Shown here piece by piece: positions 47,541 through 62,030 of a stretch of DNA of 64,000 nucleotides; position 1 is the first letter of the stretch; every line of letters begins with the position of its first letter. The notes below the pieces were generated by a model that had not been told where the DNA came from, did not search any database, and saw only the letters and a list, made by a program, of their open reading frames with translations. This DNA comes from the human T2T-CHM13v2.0 reference genome, Homo sapiens, in NCBI RefSeq assembly GCF_009914755.1, contig NC_060931.1; one strand, 5' to 3'. The position numbers and the translations under genes are program-made.

Positions 47541-48210
47541 TTTATAAATTGTCTCTCCTTTCCTTCCTCCCTCCCTCCTTTCTTCCTTTCCTTTCTTGCT
47601 TTTTCAGACTGGCAGGTAACTACATTTCCTGTCACTGCACCTTGACTTGCAGCATATATCCTAGTCTTATAATCTCCTCTTCAATGCCTGCATTTCCTAT
47701 TGTGTTTCTTTCTCAGGAAATGGATCCATCTTTTATTAAACTCTCTAACCCAGAGCTGAAGAATAATACATGACTCCTCCCTCTCCCAGATTCCACACCC
47801 ATGTAGTCCCCAAAGTTTATTCTTTCTATGGCTTTAATCCTTTCTTTCTTTGTTCCTTCTGCCACGGGGCTAGTTTAGACCAGTGTATTTTCTCATCTGG
47901 ACTATTACATCTTCCTGTTCTCTCTTCTCAACCCCTTCACATCTCTACTGAGATTCTGCCTCTTCTTGTATTCAGTGAGTGACATAGTCATCCACCAAGT
48001 TAGCTAAGGCAGAAACAGGAGTCGTTCTGATTTTTGTCCTTTCTACTAAGCCCAATACCTAGGATATAGTAGGTGTCAATGGGATTATTTTATTGAAATA
48101 ACTTTTACACATGTGAAGAGATGTTCAACCTCATTAAAATAAGAAATAACACAATTTAAACTGTATGAAGTTGTCATTATTCTTTATCCGACTGGCAAAA
48201 GTCTAAAGGT

Positions 48211-48506
48211 GGCTGGGTGTGGTGGCTCATGCCTGTAATCCCAGCACTTTGGGAGGCTGAGGCGGGCGGATCACCTGAGGTCAGGAGTTGGAGACCAGCC
48301 TGACCAACATGGAGAAACCCCGTCTCCAATAAAAATACAAAATTAGCCGGGCGTGGTGGTGCATGCCTGTAATCCCAGCTACTCTGGAGGCTGAGGCAGG
48401 AGAATGGCTTGAACCTGGGAGGCGGAAGTTGCTGTGAGCCGAGATCGTGCCATTGCACTAAATCCTGGGCAACAAGAGCGAAACTCTGTCTAAAGAAAAA
48501 AAAAAA
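48211..48506 (+). mobile_element. AluS, 14-bp TSD aaaagtctaaaggt
   Basis: TSD at 48197-48210 and after the tail. Confidence 0.95.
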
Positions 48507-48641
48507 GTCTAAAGGTGTGATAATACACTGTGTCAGGGAAGGTGCAAGGAAAAAGTTACTCTCATATGTTGCTGCTGGGGGTATAAATTGGGACACTGTT
48601 TGTGGAGGGCAATTTGGCAGTATCTATCGCACAACATTGGA

Positions 48642-49002
<361 letters not shown>

Positions 49003-52000
49003 TTACTGATACACTTGCACATATATATCTGTAAGGATATTTATTGCAGCAAAAGCTAGAGAGCAACCTAAATGTTCAGGAACCGAATTCTAGTTAAGTA
49101 CAAATGCAATGTGGTCCATTTGATGCGTGTTGAGTGGGGATAGTCTTCCCTGTGTGTTATCGGGTGAAAAGACCCAGGTGCAGAGAAGTTATGCTTCGTG
49201 GCCCCTCCTAGACCCACTCAGTGAGGGGACAGATGCCTGGGGTATGGGCGTGGAAAGAATACCCACTCTTCATGATATGCCTTTTTGTAGTCCTTGAATA
49301 TTAAACCATGTACATGTATTATCTATTTCAAAAATGAGTATTTAAAAATGTGTTGCTGAAACCTATTGAATTCCCCTAATAGCCCTCCCCCAATGCCACA
49401 TCCAATCAGTCTTCAAACCCTATTGATTCTACCATCTAAATTTTTCTCAAATGTGTTCCCACCTTCTCTCCATCCTCTTTCCCATCTCTGCCTCCTACTC
49501 TGCTGCAAGGCCCAATTTAAAGATTTCCTCATCTGTAAAGTCTCCCTGACCTCCTCCCACCAGTATGAGTTCTGTTCTAGACACATTAGGTTTGAGGTAT
49601 GTTGGGTTCACATCTAAATCTGAAGCTTAGGTGAGAGATTTAGGCCAAGAGCTAGATGTGGGAGTCATTAGGTACATTTTGTGACTGCATTCTTGAGCGC
49701 TTGAGTTAATGCGTGGCTACCAGAAATGACAGGATTTTTGTCTGGGACTGCAGAGTGGACGCTGTTGTTTCTGGGACAGAGTCTCATTGTTAGGTGTAGT
49801 TGCTCCCAGACCTTCAATTTGATATTGGTCTCTCAAACAGTTGCAGGAGCTATAAAACACACCAAGTTATATCTAGCAGGATTTCCTGTTCCTGCCCAGG
49901 GGCCCACACTACATGTGATTCCCCTAAAATTAAAGGATATTATCCTGGAAGCCCCACCTATGCCTGGCACCATGCAGGACTTGACAGAGAGGAAGCTCAT
50001 TAGAAGAAGGTGGGTTTCCCTCCATTGTCTCCTGAGACGTTCCCAAGAGCTTTCATTTGAAAAGTGTCCACTCATGACGCAACTGCTGTGTGATCCCCAC
50101 TAAGGTCAGCTTGGGCTGTGTGGGCAGCAGCTTTGAGGGAAAGCTCAGATGATCGTCTGACCTGGTGCCTTCACTCTGTGTGGCTCTGATGTCTGGATGT
50201 AGGAGAAAGCTTGGCACTGCCCGGGGATTGACTGAGGGCCTGAGAGGGTAGTGACTTTTAAACATTGGTGTTTACAAGTCAAGGCGGAGCCATTCTAGGA
50301 CATGAATTTTGAATGTAAAATCCTCAAATTTGTCCTGGATGCCTACCATTGCTTCATGTGATGGCCATACTTTCTGCCCTGGGAATGAGTAGAAGCCCTG
50401 AGATCTGACACATCAGACTGAGGACTGGCATGGGAATGGCTGCTGCTGTGGGAGTGCTGAGAAGTCACCTGTCTTGGGCCATTTGCTCATTTGGTTTCCT
50501 CCTTCCTTCTCCTCTGGCCTAATTAACATCTCATCCTCCCGTTCTGAGCTCCTCACCTCCCCAGAAAAGCTGATAGGCCCAAAGTCTTCTGTTTCACATG
50601 CCCCCTGTAGCATGAAGTATACTGGTGGCCATTCAAAACATTAAACCAATGAATTTTTATTTCTCCCCAGATCATGTAGTCCTGTGGCTCCCACCTACTG
50701 ATTTAATAACACTCAGATGGTGGGTAGGACACAAATGCCATTGCTTGGCTTTGAGTTTTGAGACTGACTAGGATTTCTAGTGAGGCAAGAGTCTAGCAGG
50801 CCAGGCTCCATTGTGCTAGGACAGGGAGGTAGAAATTTCACACCTCCCATTTTGTGTGGAGCTTGGAGGTCTGAGGACACAGGGCATGATACGAAGAAGG
50901 GGAAATAGGAACAGAGGGTGCAGACATGGGCAGATTCTGGCAGATTGCCCTGTATGACCCCAGTCCTTCTCCCCTTTCTTCCCCAGTTGGGAGAGAACCC
51001 CAGGCGGGTGGTAGAAACTCATGGATGGGAATTTTGTTAAGTGTGGTGGAGTAACATTCATTTCCCCAAATTCCACTCAATGAACAGAGAAGGAACATAC
51101 AAGGACAAAGAGAATAAAAAAGGGAATGACAGCCAAGGAGAGATGTCAGCAAGATTTTGGGAGACAGAAAGTGGCTGAACTTTGCAGAGTGAGGGAAGGT
51201 GAGACCTACAAACCTGGGTGGGCCAGTGGGGAGCAAGCCATGGGGCCCCAGACCCCAGAGAGGCTCAGAACTGGAGGGAAGTGAGGACGCTGGCCCAGGT
51301 GGGCTGTGGGCTGGTTAAGTCCCTGAGCCTTGTCCCACCCTACAGGAGACCTGCTGGGGTGGAAGGTGAATAAGTGAGACTGTGAAAGGTGAGCTCCAGC
51401 TGCTTTTCTTGCTGGGCTTCTAGAATGTTCCATTCCTCCATATGCAGACTGGAAAATCCCCCTTCCTACGCTGAGAAAACTGATCAACTCAGAGGACAGA
51501 GCTGTGGATGCTGCCCTCTGGGGCTCCCCTGGGAGGTTGTGGGGCAGGATGTGATTGTCCCATCCATGGCACCTCAGTGCCCAGGCCCCGCCCTCTCCTG
51601 GGGAGCTTCCAGCCAGTGTTCTAATGTTCTCCCCTTAAATATTCACATTCAGCCAAGAATCGGCTGACTTCAAGGAGAGCCTCCAAACTGAACAACAGAG
51701 ACTGAAGCAGACAAAGCAGACAGCAGTAGCAGCACTAGAAGGGCTATTCTAGGCGGGGCAGGAGCAGACGTCACATCCAAATGAGCAGGATGCCTGTGAA
51801 CAGGCGTTCAGAGGACAAGAAAGAGATCATAAAAATGAAATGCCAGGGAGAGCAAAAACATCCAGTTGAAGGGTTGAATGTGAACGCTCTCCCTTTTGTG
51901 GCTGTCCCCAGTGCCCGGGACCCCGTCTCGCTGCTGCTGTGTGTGCGGTGAAGGGGGTGCTGTCAGCCATTGGAGGAAGCAGAGGTTCCCCACACTTCTC

Positions 52001-52707
52001 AGCAGGCTCGGCAGCCGCCCCACCCTCATGGGCATTTGGAAAGAGGGGATATTTATGTTTTCCAGGTGCCACAATGGAGGTAGATAAGGGGATGGGAGTG
52101 AGTGTTGGGTCCATCAACCAGTCCTGTTGCACAGGCCTAGAGTGCCTTTTCTTGGCCATTCTCCTCCTTTTATCATCATTGACCTGGGCTGTGCTCAGTG
52201 CCCTAGGGCAGTTAATCCTGTGATGAGCAGCATCCTCTATGGGCATTTGAGTGAAGCTCTCTGAGAGTCTCTTTAGGATGTATACCCAGAAGCTGAATTC
52301 CTTAATTTGCTGAATGCCACCATATTGCTTTCCCAGATGGCTGAAACCAGTTCCCTCTCCTCTTGATGGGGAGGAGGATTCCTGCTTCTTCACATCTTAG
52401 CCAACACTTGGTATTATACACGTTTCTAGTTTTTTTGTGTGTGGGATTCTGTTGGGTATAAAGTGGCACCTCACTAAAAGTTATTCTTTATCTTATTACT
52501 AGTAACTGTGATTATTTCTTCATATACTTGTTACCATTTGGGCTTCCTTTTCAGCAGGTGCCTGTTCATCACCTGGCTTTTTATTATTCATTTATAGGAA
52601 TTACTAATATAGTCCAGATAGTCCAGATTTTACTCTTTTGTCAGTTTTAGATAAGGCTGTCATCTGTTAATTTATAAATGATGTTTTTCACTGAACCATA
52701 CTCCTTA

Positions 52708-52983
52708 ATTTTTTTTTTTTTTTGAGGCAAGATCTCACTCTGTTGCCCAGACTGGAGTGCAGTGGTGCAATCATGGCTCACTGCAGACTCACCCGACCTG
52801 GGCTCAAGTGATACTCCTGCCTCAGCCTCCCAAGTAGCTGGGACTATAGGCACATGCCACCATGCCTAATTTTTGTATTTTTTGTAGAGATGGGGTTTCA
52901 CCATGTTGCCTAGGCTGGTCTTAAGCTCAAGCAATACACTCACCCCTTACAGTATTACAAGTGTGAGCCACCATGCCTGGCCC
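52708..52983 (-). mobile_element. AluJ-like within an old L1 fragment
   Basis: Alu consensus. Confidence 0.9.
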
Positions 52984-53103
52984 ATAGTCCCTAATTTGAA
53001 TGTTGTCAAATCCATTTGTCTCTCACCTTATGGTGTGTGCCTTGATCATTTTATTTAAGAAGACTTTATCCCTAGTCACAAAGACAGGCTCTTCTCATGG
53101 TTT

Positions 53104-53772
53104 TGTAAGCCAAAAAGTGACTGAGGCAGGTGTCTCAATTGATAGAGGTTTATTTAGCCAAAGTTTAAGGATGTGCACAAGAAAAACACAGGTCACAGGA
53201 GCATCTGTGCCCTTTGCTTTCCAAAGAGAGTTTGGGAGTATTTCAAGAGGAAAGAGCAAGCAGGAGGAAAAAATGGAGGGAGGGTAGAAGTGAGGCAAAT
53301 GGTTATTTCTTGTGAGGCTCCCATTAGTGCTCAGTAAATCCACATTTCACACATGAAAGGAGGGAGTAGAGGAAAAAGTCAATTATGCCTTCCTCTCAGG
53401 GTAGGTAGAGGGATGATTTCTCGTCTTTCTTCGCACCTGTGAAGATAAGCTGGTAACTGATATTGTCAGGGTGAGATTCAACAGAATTCAGCTTTAGGGC
53501 TAATTTACAGGAAAGGGGCATATATCCCGAAAGACTGAGGGGTTCACGAGGAATTTACTTGTGAGCAATTTGTGAGGGAGGCCACCTGGGGAGATATGTG
53601 GCCTTCCATCTGGTGGGAACCTGGCTTATGGATGAGGCTATGACACAGGGTTGTGAAATTACAGCGATCTGTTTGGGAACAAAAGGAAGACTGTATCGTG
53701 TGACTCAGATCCCAAGCTTAACTCTCCTTTTGGCATAGTGAGTTTGGGGTCCTGAGATTCGATTTTTTTTCT
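53104..53772. mobile_element. ERV1 MER4-family solo LTR
   Basis: tgtaagccaaaaagtgactgaggcaggtgtctcaat...gtttatttagccaa...tagtgagtttggggtcctgagatt. Confidence 0.75.
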
Positions 53773-54724
53773 CGGTTTTGTAATTGTACCTCTCCATTTT
53801 CAGTCTTGAATTCGTATGACATCCACCTCTGTAAGTGGTGTCATGTATAGAGTCAGGCTTTGCTTGTCTCAGGAGTGATTTCCCCAGTGCCACCTCTGGA
53901 GCTGTCCTCTCTCCTCTGCTCACGGTGTCTCTGTCTTACTCCAAGCTCCCCATCCACCTGGGTCTTCTCCTTGTCTGTCCTGAACCCCGGAGAAGCTGCT
54001 GTCACTAAAGGGTTGAAGCGGTTGAGTGCCTGGAGGAGTAAGTCCTCCCTGCTCTTCCTTTTCAAAAGTGTGGTGAGCTCTCTGCAGATCTTTCTTGCCC
54101 CATATCAACTACAGAAAAAGATTGTTCAAATTCTTCACAAATCCCTGCTGGAATTTTGCGAAGGTTGGTATGAATTTGTGGTTTATACAATTGCAGGTTT
54201 ACATGTGCTCGTGTGATGGTTTGATGGGGTCTTATCTTCTGTAGTGGACTGAGCCCAGGAGGGCAGGGGATGTGTCTGCTTCCTACATCCTTGGCTCCTC
54301 AGCATTCACGCAGCATGTGGGTTGCAAAAGTAGCTCAACAACGATTTGTCTCTGAAAGCTGCTGAACTGAGTGTGAAATGATATGTCTGTGACAGTACTC
54401 AGCAAACCAGGAGGTGGCTCAGTGAGCGGTCCAAACCACCTGCTTCAGCACCAACTTGGGTTCACTTCTGTTTCTCTGGCTTCCTGGGAGGTGGGGGCTG
54501 GGCTCCCTCATCCACATCAGGAGCCTTTGGGAGGGTGAACATGGTGATGCCAGCACACAGGGAGCACTGTGTGTGTCGCTCCCAGTGCTATTGCTGAAGC
54601 CTGCCTGGGAGTAGGGGATGCTAATTCCACTTAGAAAACCATCTCCTTGATAGCTGATGCACATCTGCTGGCAGGGCCACCCCAGGCGCACTCCACGTGC
54701 TTTGCCATCTGTGTTAGCTCAGGC

Positions 54725-55007
54725 TGCCTTCTCCGTGTGTTTTCACATGGGCGGGGAGGGAAGAGGGAGAGAGAGAAAGAAGGGGAGGGAGGGAGAGAGA
54801 GAAGGGGGTGGAGAGAGAGAGAGAGAGTGCGCGATCTTCCTCTTTCTCTTCTGATAAGGGCACTTATTCTATCAGATTAGCACTCTGCCCTTATGACCTC
54901 GTAATTTAACCTTACTTAGCTCCTGAAAGCTCTATCTCCAATACAATCACACTAGGGGTTAGGGCTTCAATGCCAGAATTTTGGGGGACATTCTTCAGTC
55001 CACAGCA
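54725..55007. mobile_element. MLT1A/B-like LTR fragment with GA repeat
   Basis: cccttatgacctc...tctccaatacaatcacactaggggttagggcttcaa...ttcagtccacagca. Confidence 0.8.
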
Positions 55008-56055
55008 CTATCCTACAGCACAGGACACGGGAATGGAAATGTGTCCCTGTCAGTTTTGCCAAGGGAGGTGAGGGACTGGATGCACAGCAGAGGGTCAGAG
55101 CCAGTGGTGCTCCTCGCTCTCTCACACTCACGGAGAGCCTGATGAGCTCCTCCTGCTGTTTGAGGACGCTGTGCTCAGGGAGGACCTGGGGAGCATCCTC
55201 ACTTGCTTCAGGCACTGCCTGGCCAGAGGAGAGCAAGGCAGTGCCTGTCCCACACCCTCCACCTGCATGCCTGCTGGCTGCAGCCTGGAGAAGCTGGCGG
55301 CTCCTGGAAGGAAGAAGGAAGCTGAGCGCCAGCCTTCTCGCTGCAGGTGGTCCCCACACAGGGCCACTCAGGGCGTTTTGGTTATTTTGATGGACCGGCC
55401 ATTTTCATGACTATGGACTGTTTAGGACCAGTGTGACTTTTGTTATCTGAGAGTGACCGGAAAAGTGAGGACCTGCCTCAGTGGGCCTCTGAGGGTGAGG
55501 CAGGGATCCCACTGCAGGGGATGCAGGGCAGTGGGGCAGAGAGAGGCTGAGTTTCCATCGTGCCCACACACCCACCACCCCAAATGACTGCATCCTTGGC
55601 TCCTCGGTGGGAAGTGCTTGGTGCCAGGGAGCCGGGCACTGAGGGCTCTTTCCTGGCAGCTTTAAAAGGGTCTGAGCCACAGAGTTCCCGGGAGCCAAAA
55701 AGTCTGGTCATTCCATCGTGTGTGAGCACGATGGAAACTCAGCTTCTCTCTGCCCCTCCAGCATCTGGCCAGCATCTCACAGCCCTTGGAGGGCTCAGCA
55801 CACTCCTTCACACCTGGCTCATGATGAGCAACACCTGGGAGCCTCTAAGCTACGCCAGCAAGCGCTTCCAGGCTCAGAGAGGGGATCTGGGCTCACGCCC
55901 GAACCCCAGGAAGGAGTGATCAAGTGCCTTTCAGTGAGGGTTCCCTGTGGAGGGAGCAAAGGAGGAGCTGTTGGCATCCTAGAAAACCACAGCAGAAATG
56001 GGCGCACCCTCCTCTCGTGGCAGAGGTGGGGAGGCTAAGGCCCAGAGAACAATGT

Positions 56056-56138
56056 ATTTAGGTTGGTGCAAAAGTAATTGTGGTTTTGATATTACTGCCA
56101 AGGGCAAAAACTGCAAGTATGTTTGCACCAACATAATA
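56056..56138. mobile_element. MADE1 mariner MITE
   Basis: ttaggttggtgcaaaagtaattg...caagtatgtttgcaccaacataa: about 80 bp, near-palindromic, TA flanks. Confidence 0.9.
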
Positions 56139-57327
56139 GCTTTTCCCCAAATCTCTTAGTGAGCTGGCGGCAGAGTTGGGACCAAAACTCCTACCCTCTG
56201 GGGCCAGCTCGCCTTGAGCCCACTGCCCTGACGGGGCCTGGCGGGCTCTCACTGGACATTCTCCTTGTGCCCAGCAGGGGGGCAGCACCCGTCCACGCTG
56301 GGAGACTGTCTGGCCAATTGGTTTGCTGGGCCCCCTCCCATGGCCAGTCCTGCTTGCCCAGCTGCACTGAGATTCAGAGTTCCCTGGCTTCTGCCTCTTG
56401 TCTCCAGTAGGGGGATTGTGCTGCTGGGGAAAGCTGGACTGAGCCAAAGGAACTGGTTCAGTTTCTGGGTGAGGTTAAGGGTAGGCTAAGATATGCACCA
56501 AAAATTGAGGAATTTTGTCTCTAGGAAAGACCAAACAAAGAATGCATAGTTGAAAGGAACAAGAAAAAAGGTTGGGGGCTAGTGGGACAAATTCTGGAAA
56601 GAGTTTTTATGTCCTTGTATTTAGGTCTAGCTATGGGAGAGGAAGTTGGGTGATATCCTCTCATCAGCATGGGGTCCCTTGGAAGGTGGTTTTGTGCCCT
56701 GTCCCCACCCCCATGCTACCCCTGATGCCTAGAATGGGAACTTCTCCTCACACCTATAACCGCATCAATACCACTTCTTACAAAATAGGCTTGCTTGACA
56801 TAGATATAATGTAAGAACCATAGTTTATTCCAAACTTTGAAACAAGGATTTTGAGAGTCCTCCACGCCAGAGCATTTTCTGTAAGCCCCCTTTGGGGGAA
56901 GGGAGGTAACTTTGATTAATGAGGGCCCAGAAGTTATAAAGCCTTGTGAGATCAAGGGATCCCTGAGGAAATGATAGCTGTGTTGGATTTTTGCTTTTTA
57001 GAGAAGCAAAAATAGAGAAGAGAAGACAACTCCATGCTGTCTATACTGGTGATTAATAAACATGGCATATTTATCAATCCTATAGTATCTTGTATCTAAC
57101 TCAGCAAGACTGTTTTGACATTTCTAACTATAAGCCTTTGTTTTTCAAATGCTCCTTAATCCTCTTCCTTGTCTTTATGTTGGTTCTCTTATTGAGTTAC
57201 AGCAAAATTTGACATGTGTTCGTAGATGCACTTGGAGAAGAATTATTCTTCACACTAACTTGAGAATTGTGCATTTATTGTGGGGAATGGTTTCTTGTGT
57301 AAATATGCATGTGACATCTGTCTTCCT

Positions 57328-57817
57328 TCTTTTTTTCTTTTATTGAGACAGGGCCTCACTCTGTTGCCCAGGCTGGAGTGCAGTGGTGGGGTCATAGCTC
57401 ATTGCACCCTTGAACTCCCGGACTGAAGCAAGCCTCCCTCCTCAGCCTCCTGAGTAGCTGAGACTACAGGCATGCACCACCAATTCTGGCTAATATATAT
57501 ATTATATTATATATAAAATATATAAAATTATATATAATATATAATATTTATATAAATATTATATAATATATAATTTTATATATTTATAATTATTTTAATA
57601 TATAATATTATTATATTTTAATATATAATATTAAAATATATATATATTTATATATAATATTATATATTATATATTATATATATATATATTTTTTTTTTGG
57701 TAGGGACAGGGTCTCGCTATGTTACCCAGGCTGATCTTGAACTTCTTGGCTTAAGTGATCCTCCTGCCTCAGCTTCCCAAAGTTCTGGGATTACAGGTGT
57801 GAGCCACCGCCCCCTGC
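57328..57817 (-). mobile_element. AluJ-like with about 200-bp AT expansion in the middle linker
   Basis: Alu arms flank the AT run at 57493-57697; TSD ctgtcttcc. Confidence 0.9.
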
Positions 57818-57937
57818 CTGTCTTCCCTTCTCAACACCCACAGGATGAGCCTTGTCTTGGTGTGGATTCAGGCATTGGTGCTGCTTCTATGCAATCCTGC
57901 TGTTTCATTTTGATCCAGCTCAGATTTCTGGGGGGCC

Positions 57938-58520
57938 TGTATTAGTGTTCTATTACTGTCATAACCAATTACTGCACACATGGTGGCTTAAAACAACACA
58001 GATTTATTATGTGACCCACAGTTCCTGTGGGTCAGAAGCCTGGCACAGCATGGCTCAGGGGCTCCTCTGCTCTGGGTCTCACCAGTCTGAAGCAGAGGTG
58101 CAGGCTGGGCCGTGTTCCTCCCTGGAGGCTCTCGGAAGAATCCGCCTCCAGACCCACTCAGGCTCCTGGCACCGTGCAGCTCCTTGTGGGCACCGGCCCG
58201 GGGCCGGTGTCCTCTGAGACGCAGCAGAGCTGCTCTTTGCCGTGGAGGCTGGTCTGTAGCCCATGCGTGTGATCCTGTGCCTCGGAACTAGCCAGCGTAT
58301 CTCAAACTCCCCCTACACTCGGTGTCTCTCCTGCCTCTCTTTTCTCTTTTTTTTCTGGTTTCTATTGGGCCCACCTGGATAATCCAGGATTATCTTTCTA
58401 TTTTAAAGTCAGCAGATTAGTGGCTTAATTACACTCGCAAGGCCCCTCGCAGTAGTGCCTAGATTTGTGTTTGAATCACCAGGGCTGGGGGTCTTGCGGG
58501 GGCTTCTTTAGATGTCCTGC
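57938..58520. mobile_element. MLT1 (E/F-like) LTR
   Basis: tgtattagt...ggcttaaaacaacacagatttatt...attgggcccacctggataatccagga. Confidence 0.85.
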
Positions 58521-60879
58521 ATGGAGACATTGGCAGCATGTGGTGCCCCCGGCTTCTTGCTGAGGTCTGTGTGTGGGGGTGTGGGAAGTGAGAGGGAGGG
58601 GGGAATCACTGTAGCCTCTCCCCCATCTGCCTCCTGTGCCTGAGGTCCTGTCTCTGCAGAAGGGCCTCTCCCTCTGGATCCAGCAGCCACCCTGCTCTCT
58701 GTCCTGGCAGTGGCTCCCTAGGGCTCCCCTACAACTTGTCCACACGTTGGCCTTTGTGGAGCCTCCTCCCGCTGCTCCCAGTTGTGCGTGCCTCTACTCT
58801 GCCTGCACCGTGGTCAGGACTCACTTGCATCAGGCTGCTTTTGTTGTGAGGATCCCTCTCCTGTCTTACGGGGCTTCCAACCACTCCTCCTGAAACTTCC
58901 CAGCCCCCTCTTCCCCAGCCCCACCAGCCACCACCATCTGCAGACCTCCACGGGTCAGTTTCTGGCACGCTTGCCCTTCCAGCTGTGTTCAGTCAGCAGG
59001 TCACTTGGATTCACCACTGGGTTTGCAGGCACTCTGTCTCTTTTTCTTGTTCTTCCTCATCACCAACTGAGTGGGGGTCACCCAGACCTCAGACGTCAGA
59101 GAACAAGAAATAACTGGGTTCCTGGTATTTTTTCCTCTCTCTGTTTCTAGGAACTTGTAATTTCTTTGAAAATTTAGCAGATAGTTAAAGGTCATTCAAG
59201 GACTATTCAAGGACTTAAAGCCAACTAAGGGTATTGGAAATGATATTGAAGCTGACCTGGAAGGCCACATGCTGGCTGCCGACACCACAACTCTGTCAGA
59301 GAAGTGGCTGTGGGTCCCCAGCACAGTGTGACACCAATAACAACCGATAAAAACAAAATAAAGACATTAGTGATTATAATTTCAGTATGGTTGAACACAT
59401 GATTACATTCTCATCGCCCTAAACATTTCCAAAATGCTAGTGACTCATAAAATCAGAATAGGAGATTTAAGCAGTTCAAATTAATTAGATTTATTAAGAA
59501 AAAATAAACACAAGCTTGCTTTGTATTATATTCTATTAATACACTGTGATACACTAAAGGAAAAGATAATTTATTATATCAAAATTATCAAACCACATGA
59601 ACTGTGATGTGAAATATGAAACAAATTGTTATTATTTTGGTAATCCTTGTATAAAGGAGAACCCATGTTTTTGGAATGACATTAACATTCTTTAAATCTT
59701 GTTTAAAGGTCTTAGTATCTTAGGCTTCTTACAGCCCTTTCCTTTGAAGTTCTAACTGCATGAAATTGCATTTCCTTCTTATCCTGTAGCTTAGCAACGA
59801 CATCTAAATTCACGGTTGGTTGGTGGTGGGTCCAATTCAGTTTTTCCCCTGGCTGAGATGGAGTCCTTCGCATCGACAGCACTGAGAATTCTTCTCAAAG
59901 AGTCAGCATATTTAAATTTAAAGCTTTAGGAAGGCTTTTTTTTTCTTTTAAAAGTTATCATATAAGTACCTACTAGGATCTATTAACCAATAAAAATAGA
60001 TATACCTTTAAAGTCGAGAGGCTTATTGATCTCTGCGGGCAGTGGACCCGTCTTTTGAATAGAATCTTCTGGCCAGTCCCCATGCCTGGCTAATGGCTAC
60101 GGGCACAGATTCATAATTTCCAACCCACCACTGTCTCTCTGGAAAGGAAACGATTTCTCACTTCTAGAAACACAGATCTGCAAAAGAAACCAGGACACAG
60201 ATACCTCCGCAAACAGCCCCTGCCATGGAAAATCACCGAGAAGGGCCCTGCAGGGAAACAGACTCCAGGGTTGGCAATTGATGTGTAGTTTATTTTTCAG
60301 TGGGGAGCATTGATCTTTCCTGCAGGAGTGAATGGGTCCAGGCCCACCTCCCATGAGCTCATGAGATTCCTTTACAAACCTAGTGACCAGCTCCCTTGGG
60401 CCAGGAAGCCCCGTCCCTCTCTCTGGGGTCTGTCACCCTAGCCAGAGACCAAGGCTGCCTTCTACTGTGGAATCTCTAGTGGTTACAAACAAAATTCTCT
60501 TTGGAATACCTGGTGAGTAGTTGTCAAAATTTTATTTAATTCATCAACAAACAACAGGCTGGGTGTGGTGGCTCATGTCTGAAAAACCACCAACAACAGA
60601 CTATGCCTCTGAATGTTGCAGGAAAAATTATGAAATGATGGCAAATAAGATCTTCCAGGTGTGTTTCTGACAATAAAACTACAACACCTTTGCAAGGACT
60701 TCCCTTCCAGGCCATAAAACAGCTGCCATGTCCCTTTCCACAAGCCTGACCACTCAGCTGCCATTCCCTTATCCATTGGCCTCCTTGCTTCCGCACTGAG
60801 CACTCATGTCCCAGACCGAGTGCCTCATCCTGGCTGCTGCACTGCGGGTCGCTCCAGTTCAGCTCAGGGAAGGTGGCAC

Positions 60880-62030
60880 CAGTACTTACAGTTGCTCTGA
60901 TCACAGACCTTTGAGTCATAATGCCTCTCTTTCAAAAGCCACATTTTCCAGTTAAGGCAGCTGATTCTACCTTCAAAACATATCCAGAGTCCAGGCACAG
61001 CTGACCACCTCCATGGCCACCTCCTGGTCCAAGCTGCCTTCCTCTTTCCTGGGCTTCTTCCAGGTCGTCCTTCAGCAGATGCCCAACTCATTAAGAATGA
61101 AAGCCACCATCTGGCCCTGTGTTCTCTCCCTGACCTCATCTGCCCTCCCAGGCTCCCTTCATCCCAGCTGCACCAGGCTTCTTGTTGTTCCTTGAACAGG
61201 CAGGGTCTGCCCCAACCCCAGGGCCTTTGCACAGGCTCTTCCCTCTTACTCCAATAATTGGGTGTGGAATGTGATAGAATGGTGTTACTCTGGTTCAGAG
61301 TGCTAAAATGGGGTTGAGAAGCCATCCTTAGAAGGACTACCTGCACGGCCGCAACCCTGCCAAACAGGAGCTTGCTTGAACCTTTGCTCTGGGCCCCCCG
61401 GCCACAACCATAACATCCTGGAGAACAACTGAATTTGCCACCGCACTGCGACTCCTGAACAGCGAAAACCAAAGATCTGCGGACTCATGTACTATGCTAG
61501 CCGCCTGCACCAATGACTATCCTTTCAAAACAACGTGTGTAATCACCCTCAGCGTACTTTTAAAAATCCCTACTCCCCTTCCTCTCCTGAGAACACAGTT
61601 TGGTTTCTAGCTGAATCTGTGTCTCCTGAATGCCAATTCCTAAGACCCCAAAACACTCCTTGTCTTACTGCTTTGCAGTCTGGTCCTTTGCTTCTTCTTG
61701 GTTGACAGGTGGCTTTCTCCCTGAACAATTCATGTCTCTGCTTGATTTCACGTCATTGAGGCCTTCCCTGAGTGTCCCATTTATCATGACATTTGCCCCT
61801 ACTCCCAGACTCTATCCTCCAATCTCGTTGTTTTCTCTCTGGAGCCACTCAACAGCACCTAATATGCTGTATATCTTTACTTATGTATTTTGCTTACAGA
61901 AATTAGAAAGCCATTTCTGGAGGGAGCAGAGAACTTTTATCTGTCTGTTGTCTGGGGTAACCCCAGTGCCTGAGATAGGGCCTGGCTCCTAGTAGGTGCT
62001 CATTAAAATGTGCTGAATGACTGAATGATC
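60880..62030. mobile_element. L2 fragment split by an LTR
   Basis: L2 3' end tgctcattaaaatgtgctgaatgactgaatga. Confidence 0.65.
61265..61707. mobile_element. ERV1 solo LTR (MER66-like), TSD ggtg
   Basis: TG...CA ends; ggtg at 61261-61264 and 61708-61711. Confidence 0.65.
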
